DNA of 48,617 nucleotides, taken from positions 1 through 48,617 of the IMG/VR virus record IMGVR_UViG_3300048902_000105. One strand, given 5' to 3'. Positions 1 to 7,939 of the stretch are shown here, piece after piece (the first letter of the stretch is position 1; the number at the start of each line of letters is the position of its first letter). The notes under the pieces are model-generated. The model saw only the letters and a program-made list of their open reading frames with translations, was not told the origin of the DNA and did not search any database. Origin of the DNA: a virus (taxonomy: Duplodnaviria > Caudoviricetes). The translations under genes and the position numbers were made by a program.

Positions 1-34
1 TTTCGCTTCTCCGCTCCACCGAAGGAAATCCACA

Positions 35-229
35 ATGCCGAAACTCCCGCAAATCACCATCACCGTTGAAGGTGGCATGATCCAGGACATCGACTGGCCT
101 GAGAGCCTGAAGGGCTTGTTCGAGGTTATCACCATGGACTTTGACGACCCGGACCCGGATGACGAAAACTACCGGGAAAACCATGCTGGCGATGGCTACA
201 TCGAAGGCCGATGGCAGGACCCGGCATGA
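35..229 (+). CDS. Small acidic hypothetical phage protein (64 aa)
   Basis: SD-like AAGGA upstream; stop overlaps the next ATG (ATGA at 226-229). Confidence 0.7.
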   Translation: MPKLPQITITVEGGMIQDIDWPESLKGLFEVITMDFDDPDPDDENYRENHAGDGYIEGRWQDPA

Positions 230-408
230 CGCGCCGCGCCCCGCCTGAGAGGCTTATCAACCGCGACCCTGGCCCGCGCGCGGTCAGGATCGCGCGCCGC
301 GCCACGCGCCACGCCGCCATGGCTGACCGCGTGGCCCGGGACCTGCTACACGCGGTCAGGCTGACACCCACGCCACCGACGCCGCCCGGCACACCGCCGC
401 GCCCCTGA
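226..408 (+). CDS. Small basic hypothetical protein (60 aa)
   Basis: ATGA coupling to the upstream gene; followed by a hairpin. Confidence 0.5.
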   Translation: MTRRAPPERLINRDPGPRAVRIARRATRHAAMADRVARDLLHAVRLTPTPPTPPGTPPRP

Positions 409-428
409 ACCCATCGCCGTGCCTGAAC

Positions 429-460
429 ACGCCGCCGGCCCTCTCAGGCCGGCGGCGTTT
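429..460. terminator. Hairpin at convergent gene junction, likely terminator
   Basis: Perfect 12-bp stem ACGCCGCCGGCC (429-440) / GGCCGGCGGCGT (447-458), 6-nt loop, short T tail. Confidence 0.6.
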
Positions 461-671
461 CCATGTCCGCCGCGAGCGCGGTCCCGGCTGTCAGGCCCAC
501 GGCTTCGACCGCCTCCCGCGCGGCTTTGACCTGGTCCTGGCACACCCGCAGCACCGCCGCCGCATGGTCCTGCGCATCCGCCGCGCGGGTATAGGCTTCC
601 TGGGCACGAGCGGTCAGGCGCACCGCGTCGCGATACGCGCGCGCGGCTTCCGCTTGCGCGGCTGTCAGCAT
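444..671 (-). CDS. Ala-rich helical hypothetical protein (75 aa, MLTAAQAE...)
   Basis: AAGGAG SD upstream of ATG at 671; start trimmed from the 138-aa track ORF. Confidence 0.7.
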   Translation of the reverse strand: MLTAAQAEAARAYRDAVRLTARAQEAYTRAADAQDHAAAVLRVCQDQVKAAREAVEAVGLTAGTALAADMETPPA

Positions 672-705
672 GGGCTCGGCTCCTTTAAGCGACAATGCGA
701 AAACC

Positions 706-906
706 TCAGTATTGCCCTGTCCGCTTCCAGCCCGCCGCTTCGTAGCCTTTGGCGCACGCTTCCGTCGCGGCGTAGGGGTTCCAGTTGGCCAGCGCGTCGC
801 CCTTGCATTGCGCCACTTCGCCGTTGGCCGGGTTGCGCAGGACAACAACCGTGGGACCACAGCCCGCCAGCCCCACGATCACGCAAAAGACAGCCACCCA
901 ACGCAT
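706..906 (-). CDS. Small lipoprotein (66 aa)
   Basis: MRWVAVFCVIVG-LAGC lipobox; GAGGGG SD; two more Cys in the mature part. Confidence 0.8.
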   Translation of the reverse strand: MRWVAVFCVIVGLAGCGPTVVVLRNPANGEVAQCKGDALANWNPYAATEACAKGYEAAGWKRTGQY

Positions 907-1034
907 CGTTCGCCCCCCTCGTAGAGTAACGCCGGGCGCCGCCCGCTCTGAAGCGACAATGCGAAACCCGACCACAACGTCCGTGTTAAAGCGACAATGC
1001 GAAAACCACAACGGCGGCGTGGGCACAACGGTGC

Positions 1035-1156
1035 CGTTGACACCGCAACACAGCACGGCGGGATACTCAGGCTGCTTATATAGAGTATATATATTCTCTT
1101 TACTCTCTCTCTTTTCCTGCGTAACCGGTAGGAGAAACTGTGTTGCGGTGTCAACG
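1035..1156. promoter_or_regulatory. Putative replication origin: 19-bp perfect inverted repeat around an AT-rich core
   Basis: CGTTGACACCGCAACACAG (1035-1053) and its reverse complement (1138-1156) flank TTATATAGAGTATATATATTCTCTTT; lies just downstream of the primase-helicase stop. Confidence 0.6.
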
Positions 1157-1169
1157 TGCGTGTTGTGTT

Positions 1170-3635
1170 TCACGGGTCAAACGCGGCAGGGGCACGGCGA
1201 TTGGCCAGATTATCCACGATTTTGGCCAGTTCTGGGCCGGTCATGTTGTCATAGGCCATGCCAGCGTCAGGCTTGGCCCACAACCGGCGGCGTCCCATGA
1301 TAGTAGCGACCGGACTGCCCTTGGCCAACATCCGGCAACCGATCTGGCGCAATATGCCGGCCACGCCGACCACGTGCGGGATCGTCGTGCGCGGCGGCAA
1401 GGCTTCTGTCCCGGACCGCACGGCGGCGATCACCGCGTTGACGATGTCCTGCGCCGAGAAGATGTCCGGCAAGGTGAGCGGGTCCGGCAAGGTCCGGGAC
1501 AGCCGGTCGAGCAGCCATTCCTGCACGGGATCGGCGCCGTGCCTGATGAGGTCCTGTTTGTCCCTTGTCATGGGTGCGTGGCCCTGAACCTCGTCGGCCA
1601 TGATGCCCTCGTCCCAGTATCGGATCAGCCACTCCACGACGGCGTGGGCGTTGGTCTCGCCCCACGGCGAGGGCGCCCTGAGCCACGCCGCCAGCTTCTG
1701 GTGCCGGGACACGTCCCAGCCGGTTTCCTTCACGCGGATCACCCAGATGCGCCGGTCGTCGGGCGGCAGCGCCATCGGCTGGTCCTCGTTCGTCGACATG
1801 ACCAGCACGAACACGTTGGCCATGTTGATCTGCTTCTCGCCCTTTTCGTTGACTTCCTCCCACTCGCGGCCCGGGTCGCACATGCGTTTGAGGTTTTCAT
1901 ACTGGTCGTGGAAACTCATGTTGCGGCGGGAGGTCATGCGGGTCTCGGGCATCAGCACGAGGCGGTTCATCATCCAGGGGTTGAAGTCGTTGGTGAACAT
2001 ACGATGCGACAAGGTAATGGACCGGTTCTCGCCCAGCACCTGCATGAGGGGTGCCCAGATTTGTTCCTTGCCCGCGCCCTGCTTGCCGATGAACAGCGGG
2101 TTGTGCCCGGGTTTGATGCCCACCGCGCCCACCACCATGGCCATGTAGAACAGCAATCTTCGCGCGTTCTCGGTGTCCTCGAACGTGGCGACGCCGGTCA
2201 GCGCGTGCAGCAGCGCCCACCAGTCGCTGCCCCGGGCATGCCGGTCCAGGACATCGTCCGGGACATGTCCCAGGACCCGGTCCAGGTCGATCCAGGTGTT
2301 GAGGTAGTCCCGCCATGTTCCGTTCTTGGCCTGCCGCCTGATGATTTCGCTTTGGCCGGGAAACCAGCCCAGGCGGTGGATGACGCGCCGCCGGCTGACA
2401 TCGCCCATATACCATTGCGCCGGGGTAATGGGTTTGTCCGCTTTGCCCGCCGTGGGCAGGTAATCGCGCAACAGGGGCGCCCACCAGAAGTTGAAGCCGC
2501 GTTCCGGCATCTCGGCCAGGGTGTTGGTGTTGACGAAGACACCCTTCGCGAAGTGGTAGACCGTCGTGTCCCAGAACTCAGCGACGACGGCGGGGTCCGG
2601 GGGTAAAGGGCTTGGGGGCGCCTTGTCCGGGTCGATGGCGTCGAACCTTGAGGGGTCGAAGTCGTCAATCGTGAACAAACCGCCGGTCTCGTCGCTCAGC
2701 ATCTGGTTCACCCGGGCGCGCACGTCCTCGGGCGTGCGGTCCTGGCAATGCCCGTGCCAGCACTTGAAGCCGCCACCCCGGAAATACATGGTCCCCGTGT
2801 CGACGGCGGTGCTGGGGGTGTGTTCATGCACCCAGGGGCAGCGCACGTCCCAGCCGGTGCCCTGCGAGGCCCGCCGCTCGTTGCCCAGGACCATACCCAG
2901 CTTGCGCATGACCCGGAGCGTCGGGTCCACGGACCGGCGGCTCGGTCCTGGTGTGGGTCCCGGCGCCGGTCCCGGTCCCGGTCCCGGGCTCGCCGCATCG
3001 AACGGATCGAAGGGCTCGGGATCTGGAGGCTGAACCTTGGGTCTGGCCTGCACGGACAGGCGCCGCTCAAGATCCGCCGGATCGCGCCGGGGACCCGTCG
3101 CGTGGGTGAGCCGCGCTCTGTGTGGCGGCGTGTATTTGGTGTTGGACCCAAAGGGCAGGCGCATGATCCTGACCACGCCCTTCATGCCTGGGTCCTTGCC
3201 GCCGAACAGGACATCCACGGCGGCGTCTATCAGCGCGTCGCCTCGTGTCCTGTCGGTGATGGGCGGGTCCAGGACATATCCCCAGTGTTCGTTGCCGGGC
3301 GAGGTCTCCACCCGGTAGGTGGGCTCGCCCAACACGTCCTCGACGCGCGCCGGGGCGACCTTGGGTCCCACGTCATCCAGCACCAGGACGTGTAAACTCT
3401 CGAAGTTCTCGATCCGCCGCAGGCCGGGCGTGTCCACCAGCCCGACGCTGAAGTAGTTGTTCCAGTCCGGGTTGAACCGGGCGAGCAGCCCGGACCCGGC
3501 GGGCTGCGTGGCCCAGTAGGGCCGGTATTTGTCATCCCGTCCCAGGACCGGGACCGAACAGACTTCCGCGCGGGGCCACTGGTCCCCGAAGATCAGTTCC
3601 AGGAACTCCTGGTTGTTGGTGATCGCTTTGGCCAT
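1170..3635 (-). CDS. DNA primase-helicase: RepB-type primase, Zn-binding motif, SF3 (DUF5906-like) NTPase (821 aa)
   Basis: VLVLDDVG and VETSPGNEHW primase motifs; CPWxxEH...FKCWHGHC; Walker A GKQGAGKE; probable start MAKAITNNQEFL. Confidence 0.85.
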   Translation of the reverse strand: MAKAITNNQEFLELIFGDQWPRAEVCSVPVLGRDDKYRPYWATQPAGSGLLARFNPDWNNYFSVGLVDTPGLRRIENFESLHVLVLDDVGPKVAPARVEDVLGEPTYRVETSPGNEHWGYVLDPPITDRTRGDALIDAAVDVLFGGKDPGMKGVVRIMRLPFGSNTKYTPPHRARLTHATGPRRDPADLERRLSVQARPKVQPPDPEPFDPFDAASPGPGPGPAPGPTPGPSRRSVDPTLRVMRKLGMVLGNERRASQGTGWDVRCPWVHEHTPSTAVDTGTMYFRGGGFKCWHGHCQDRTPEDVRARVNQMLSDETGGLFTIDDFDPSRFDAIDPDKAPPSPLPPDPAVVAEFWDTTVYHFAKGVFVNTNTLAEMPERGFNFWWAPLLRDYLPTAGKADKPITPAQWYMGDVSRRRVIHRLGWFPGQSEIIRRQAKNGTWRDYLNTWIDLDRVLGHVPDDVLDRHARGSDWWALLHALTGVATFEDTENARRLLFYMAMVVGAVGIKPGHNPLFIGKQGAGKEQIWAPLMQVLGENRSITLSHRMFTNDFNPWMMNRLVLMPETRMTSRRNMSFHDQYENLKRMCDPGREWEEVNEKGEKQINMANVFVLVMSTNEDQPMALPPDDRRIWVIRVKETGWDVSRHQKLAAWLRAPSPWGETNAHAVVEWLIRYWDEGIMADEVQGHAPMTRDKQDLIRHGADPVQEWLLDRLSRTLPDPLTLPDIFSAQDIVNAVIAAVRSGTEALPPRTTIPHVVGVAGILRQIGCRMLAKGSPVATIMGRRRLWAKPDAGMAYDNMTGPELAKIVDNLANRRAPAAFDP

Positions 3636-3916
3636 GGGGTCGCGACGCCGCGTGGCGCTCCTTTCCGTGTGAGGGTTGCTGGGTCCGTATCGTGTTCGCG
3701 CGTGTTGTTCGCGCGGGGCACGGAGCCTGTGCCCATGCCCAACACCGGTCAAGCCAGCAAAAGCGACAATGCGAAATAAACCGGGGGAAAAGCGATGCTT
3801 GCACACGTAAGGCGGGGCGCCTACATAGGCGAGGCTTTCCACTCGCGCGGCGTTCAGCCCGCGTGGGCGGGGTTGCAGGACCGTATCCTGGCGCGCAGGG
3901 GTGTGCGTCAGGACTC

Positions 3917-3950
3917 AAACGCCCGGCGTGAGCCACACCGCCGGGCGTTT
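3917..3950. terminator. Intrinsic-terminator-like hairpin, possibly bidirectional
   Basis: AAACGCCCGGCG (3917-3928) / CGCCGGGCGTTT (3939-3950), just after the stop at 3968. Confidence 0.65.
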
Positions 3951-3967
3951 CTGCGTCAACCGCTCCT

Positions 3968-4270
3968 TTAGTGGCGCGCGGGGGGCTTGCCCCATTTCGC
4001 CGCGTGGGCCTGGAAAATGTCGTCTTTGATGATGTCCAGATCTTCACGCACCCGGTCCATCGCATCACAGATGCAGGCTGGCACGTCGCCCGCCGTGTTC
4101 ATCGCCACCGTGAGCAGGTTCGCGGTGTGTATCGCCCCGGCGTAATATTGTATCCTGAGCCCATGGACGTTCAGTTCATCAGCAGTCAAGCCGTTCCGCG
4201 CGCACATACCCAGGATAATCCGATTGAGGTCTTCTAGCAGGGACAAGCGGGTTTCGTCGTGTTCTGGCAT
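3968..4270 (-). CDS. Hypothetical protein (100 aa, MPEHDETRL...)
   Basis: GGAAAGGA SD before ATG at 4270. Confidence 0.7.
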   Translation of the reverse strand: MPEHDETRLSLLEDLNRIILGMCARNGLTADELNVHGLRIQYYAGAIHTANLLTVAMNTAGDVPACICDAMDRVREDLDIIKDDIFQAHAAKWGKPPARH

Positions 4271-4290
4271 GGGGTGTTCCTTTCCTGGTT

Positions 4291-4575
4291 CTACTCCAGA
4301 GGGGTGAGCGCGAGGATACCGTTCTCGGTGATTTCCACCCAACCGGCTTGGGGTCCGACGCGCACGTAGCCCAGCCACGCCAGCCCTTTCAGCCGTGCCT
4401 GTAGCAAGGGCTCGCTCCCGGTCCCGGGTATCGCGAGAGGCCCCTTGTCCCGCAGCCGCTCCAGCAGCTTCCTGGCGCCCCGCGCGAGGGGGGTCGGCCC
4501 GTGGGGTGGATCATTCAGCGTCTTGTGCGCCTCGGTCATGAGCGGCGGGCTCCTGGTCGACGATGTTCTCGGCAT
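4291..4575 (-). CDS. Hypothetical protein, possible winged-helix C-terminus
   Basis: LxxLGYV...ITENGxxAL pattern; fits the operon tiling; start uncertain. Confidence 0.55.
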   Translation of the reverse strand: MPRTSSTRSPPLMTEAHKTLNDPPHGPTPLARGARKLLERLRDKGPLAIPGTGSEPLLQARLKGLAWLGYVRVGPQAGWVEITENGILALTPLE

Positions 4576-4598
4576 CGGTGACAGCTTTAACCAGTGAG

Positions 4599-4841
4599 TT
4601 AGTTAACCACACGGAGACGTGCCTTTTGTGAGACGGGGGTGCGTTTCCACCATAGATGCTTCTCTAATGCTGTCCGCGTTTGCTCCAGAAGGACATTGTC
4701 GATTTGGCGAGCAAGGGCACGGCTCGCGGCGCGCCTGGATGTATGGAGTTCGCGCAGAACACGGTTTAGTTCGTCATATTCGCGAGTGCTGAGCGCGACG
4801 GATAGTTCAAGCGTGTGGGAGCGGTTCACGAAGCGGGGCAT
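4599..4841 (-). CDS. Small basic hypothetical protein (80 aa), possibly DNA-binding
   Basis: AAAGGA SD upstream; directly downstream of int. Confidence 0.65.
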   Translation of the reverse strand: MPRFVNRSHTLELSVALSTREYDELNRVLRELHTSRRAASRALARQIDNVLLEQTRTALEKHLWWKRTPVSQKARLRVVN

Positions 4842-4872
4842 TGGGATAATCCTTTCAGGTAAAATTTATAGG

Positions 4873-6048
4873 TCACGCCGCGCGGTTGTCGTTGTAAGCC
4901 TGTCGCATGGCGTCGATCCGCCGTGCGTTCTCACGCACCGACACCCCGGCGTTGTGGGTGTAGACCCGGCTTACCGTCGCCGGGTTGTCGGCCAGGACAT
5001 GGGCCACGTCGGAGACGGTCCAGCCCTGCTTGATCCTGAGTGTCGCGAAAGTGTGTCGAAACACGTGCGGCGTGAGAAGGGGCAAGCCGGCTTCGGCCTT
5101 GAAGCGATTGAAGCCGCGCATCAGGCGATGGCTTGGAAACAAGGGACCGGTCGGCTTGCCCTGTGATTTCGGCGCGTGGAACGCTTCACGCTTCAGGACC
5201 GCGAGCAGCCGGTCCGTCACGAAGACATCGCCGCAGCGTTTCTTGTTCTTCGGTCTGTAAGCCGGGTTCACGAAGTCGATGAACTCGTGTCCCGGTGTCA
5301 GATCAATGTGGTCCCAGGTCAGTTGCAGGATCGCGTCCCGGCGCTGACCGCTGTCCAGCGCGATGCACACGAACAGCGCGGCGCGCCGGTCGACGAGGTC
5401 AGCGCGTTTTAGCCATTGCACCGCCAGATCGAAGACACGGGCGTCTTCCTCCGCTGAAAGCGTGTAGTTCCGGGGCGTCGAGACAGGCGGCATCTGGTAG
5501 AATGGCACGGCCTCGCGGGGTATGCGGTTGTTTCGCACGCCCCATTTAAGCACGGTGATGACCACGCTCAGGTGCCGCCGCGCCGTGCCCTGGGACCAGC
5601 CGGCGGCGAGGATGTCGCGGTGTAGTTCCGCCATCTTCTGTTCAGTGAACCGGTCCGCCGGGTAGTGTCCCAGTATCTTGCTCAGCTTGTTGACCGTGTG
5701 ATCCTGCGCGCGGGTCAGGCGCTGGGTCCTGGTCGTCGCGGCGTAGTCGCTCGCCAGTCGCGCGAACGTGACGGGTGTCGCCGTCTGTCTGGGCGTCAGG
5801 CGTTGCTGTCTCCAGAACGCGAAGTTTTCTTCGGCCTCGGTCCGGTCAAGGGTGCCGCACGCCATTTCGTTGGTGCGGTAGGTCGCGCCCCCGGCGCCGT
5901 CGTCGGTGACATCGGTAAATTTGATGATCCAGCGACCTGTCGGCTTTTGCCATAGATACGCAGTGCGAACCGTCCACTCGTTGGCGCTTTCGCCGGGGCG
6001 GCGGGGGCTTCGGGCGGGTTTGCTGATATGATGCTTTTTGATAGCCAC
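4873..6048 (-). CDS. int: Tyrosine recombinase / phage integrase
   Basis: Catalytic R (GQRRDAI), K (PKNKKR), HxxR (PHVFRHT), Y (VSRVY); probable GTG start at 6048 with AGGA SD. Confidence 0.9.
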   Translation of the reverse strand: MAIKKHHISKPARSPRRPGESANEWTVRTAYLWQKPTGRWIIKFTDVTDDGAGGATYRTNEMACGTLDRTEAEENFAFWRQQRLTPRQTATPVTFARLASDYAATTRTQRLTRAQDHTVNKLSKILGHYPADRFTEQKMAELHRDILAAGWSQGTARRHLSVVITVLKWGVRNNRIPREAVPFYQMPPVSTPRNYTLSAEEDARVFDLAVQWLKRADLVDRRAALFVCIALDSGQRRDAILQLTWDHIDLTPGHEFIDFVNPAYRPKNKKRCGDVFVTDRLLAVLKREAFHAPKSQGKPTGPLFPSHRLMRGFNRFKAEAGLPLLTPHVFRHTFATLRIKQGWTVSDVAHVLADNPATVSRVYTHNAGVSVRENARRIDAMRQAYNDNRAA

Positions 6049-6188
6049 GTTTCGATGTCCTGTCTGCGTATGAGAACCGGTCGTCCCGGCAAAAAAGGCA
6101 ATGCGCCCGCGCGGCGCAGCGCCTGGATTTTGGATAGGCCGCACCGCAGGAGCGTCGCCGCTTCCCGTTGCGTCAGCAGGTCGGGCAA
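5796..6188 (-). CDS. Excisionase-like helix-turn-helix protein
   Basis: LLTQREAATLLRCG...GALPFLPGRPVLIRRQDIETWL; TTG start with AGGA SD; lies between repressor and int. Confidence 0.8.
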   Translation of the reverse strand: MPDLLTQREAATLLRCGLSKIQALRRAGALPFLPGRPVLIRRQDIETWLSKSIISANPPEAPAAPAKAPTSGRFALRIYGKSRQVAGSSNLPMSPTTAPGARPTAPTKWRAAPLTGPRPKKTSRSGDSNA

Positions 6189-6191
6189 AGG

Positions 6192-6764
6192 TCAGTCCTG
6201 GCCTTCGGCTTCAGGAAGCGCGTCGGTCGCGGACGGCGGCGCCGTCGTATGGTTGAAGTCCGGGTCCCGGGCGCGGATGAAGTCGAACAGTTCGATGGCG
6301 AAGCGCATGTCCACGTCTTTATCGAACGTGATATGCACGCGACCGAACGCGCGCACCTTGAACTCAAACGAACCGGATCGCATCGCGCCGGCCTCGGGGG
6401 ACAGGCTCACGCTGTTGGCGCGGGTGCGTAGTTCCGTGACCGTCGTGTTGGTGGCCTCGCGCTCCAGGTCACGGGGGTCGATGCCCAGAACCTCGGCCAG
6501 CTTCGCCACGGTCTCGGGCCTTGGGTAGCCCTGCCCGGCGAGATAGTGGGTCATGCGGTCACGGTTGCGCGCGACGGTCTTGCCGTGTTTGTCGATTTTG
6601 GTTCCCCACACGGCGCGGGCCACGTCGGACCCGGTCATGTGTTTCGCCGCCATCGCCTGCGCGAGGTTGGTCCGAAACTTCTCCAGGTCTGGTAACGGTG
6701 GTGTCCGTAACGGATTTTGTGACGCGATCATGTGAGCGCGGGGATAAGTGCTGGATGGGGGCAT
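6192..6764 (-). CDS. XRE-family HTH repressor (CI-like)
   Basis: FRTNLAQAM...SDVARAVWG...YLAG..YPRPETVAKLAEVLG; divergent from the Cro-like gene; start uncertain (6731, 6764 or 6842). Confidence 0.8.
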   Translation of the reverse strand: MPPSSTYPRAHMIASQNPLRTPPLPDLEKFRTNLAQAMAAKHMTGSDVARAVWGTKIDKHGKTVARNRDRMTHYLAGQGYPRPETVAKLAEVLGIDPRDLEREATNTTVTELRTRANSVSLSPEAGAMRSGSFEFKVRAFGRVHITFDKDVDMRFAIELFDFIRARDPDFNHTTAPPSATDALPEAEGQD

Positions 6765-7016
6765 GGCCGGTTTAATCTCTTTGGTCAGTGTCACGGGGGA
6801 GCGAGGGTGGCGGAGTGGATCACGGACAGAGCCCGGCGCCACGTGAGCGCGTGGAGTCGGATAATGTCAATGCCATAAAAACAACCTCGGTGTTGGTTTG
6901 TCAACCCTTCATATAGGTTTTATCCTACCAGGATGTTACATTTTGCGGCCACTTCGGTTCCATGCCGTCACAGGTATTTTCGCGGGTATTTTGTGGTGTG
7001 CGAGGGTCAGGCGGGC

Positions 7017-7045
7017 TAGACGGGTGAACCAACTGTCCCTACATT
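7017..7045 (+). promoter_or_regulatory. Putative sigma70-type rightward promoter
   Basis: TAGACG-N17-TACATT about 40 nt upstream of the Cro-like ATG. Confidence 0.5.
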
Positions 7046-7086
7046 CGTATGTCCGGTGAACGACCTTGTCAGGAAAAGTGGCGGAA

Positions 7087-7356
7087 ATGCTCACATTGGA
7101 TGCGGCTTTCGTGTTTGACGCCGTGGGTGGCCCCACCAACCTGTTGGCTTTGCTGCGGCGCGGCGAACCCACCCGGACGTTGTCTTACGCGCAGGTTCAG
7201 ATGTGGCGCCAGCGTAACGCGGTGCCGGGGGCGTGGATTGTTCCTGTGCTATATTTAATGACCCAACGGGGCCACGCCCTGGGCGAACTGCTCGTGGACG
7301 ACAAGGACCCTTTCGGCGTGGCGGACGTGGCTCACGCGACCGTGGCGGGGGCCTGA
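7087..7356 (+). CDS. Cro-like HTH protein (89 aa)
   Basis: GGPTNLLALL...QVQMWRQRNAVPGAW pattern; first gene of the rightward operon. Confidence 0.7.
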   Translation: MLTLDAAFVFDAVGGPTNLLALLRRGEPTRTLSYAQVQMWRQRNAVPGAWIVPVLYLMTQRGHALGELLVDDKDPFGVADVAHATVAGA

Positions 7357-7358
7357 CC

Positions 7359-7859
7359 GTGCGCGTGCTGGGTGTGGACCCCGGCCTGAACGGCGCGTTG
7401 GCGGTGATCGAGACGAGTTTGGACGCGCTCCTGGTCCAGGACATGCCGGTGGCGAAGTCGGGGACCGGGACAAGACGTGAAGTGGTCCCGGTGTTGTTGG
7501 CCGAGTTGATCCGCGCGTGGCGCCCCGACGTGGCCTGGGTCGAGAAGGTCCACGCCATGCCCAAACAGGGCGTGTCTTCCACGTTCACCTTTGGGCTGGG
7601 CTACGGCGTGGTGCTGGGCGTGCTGGCCGCGCTGGACGTGCCCGTCAGGCTGGTCACGCCGTTGGCGTGGAAGCGCGGGCTGGGCCTGGACGCCGCTAAA
7701 CAGGGTTCACGCGCCATGGCCATGCGGATGTTTCCGCGCGAAGCGGCGCTGTTCGCGCGGGTGCGCGACGATGGCCGCGCCGAGGCGGCGCTGCTGGCGT
7801 GGCATGGGGTTGGGATATTTCGGGACAAAACAACAGAGGCGAACAAAAAAGCCGCTTGA
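7359..7859 (+). CDS. RuvC-like Holliday junction resolvase
   Basis: RVLGVDPGLNGA, AWVEKV, F.FG.GYG, DGRAEAALLA. Confidence 0.85.
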   Translation: MRVLGVDPGLNGALAVIETSLDALLVQDMPVAKSGTGTRREVVPVLLAELIRAWRPDVAWVEKVHAMPKQGVSSTFTFGLGYGVVLGVLAALDVPVRLVTPLAWKRGLGLDAAKQGSRAMAMRMFPREAALFARVRDDGRAEAALLAWHGVGIFRDKTTEANKKAA

Positions 7860-7883
7860 CTCGCGTGACAACCATCGTAAGGT
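7856..7883 (+). promoter_or_regulatory. Putative sigma70-type promoter upstream of the helicase
   Basis: TTGACT-N16-TAAGGT. Confidence 0.45.
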
Positions 7884-7939
7884 CGGGACGCAAACCAACA
7901 CGCTCCCCCGGCTTTCATCCTCCAGGTTCGAGGTTTTCC

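Larger units (their letters stand above)
687..3776. repeat. Dispersed 16-nt direct repeat AAGCGACAATGCGAAA, 4 copies (687-702, 951-966, 989-1004, 3761-3776)
   Basis: Exact copies read in the sequence, all intergenic and in the same orientation. Confidence 0.9.

Noticed and set aside
706-906. o-spanin (Rz1)
   Set aside because: No adjacent or overlapping i-spanin, not Pro-rich, and far from the lysis genes
951-1007. CRISPR mini-array, given the Cas4-like DUF2800 gene
   Set aside because: Only two adjacent 16-nt repeats with mutually similar intervening sequence; DUF2800 is a routine replication-module nuclease and no cas genes are present
3636-3842. 69-aa N-terminal extension of the primase from the ORF track
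   Set aside because: It covers a repeat and promoter-like sequence; the strong SD points to ATG 3635
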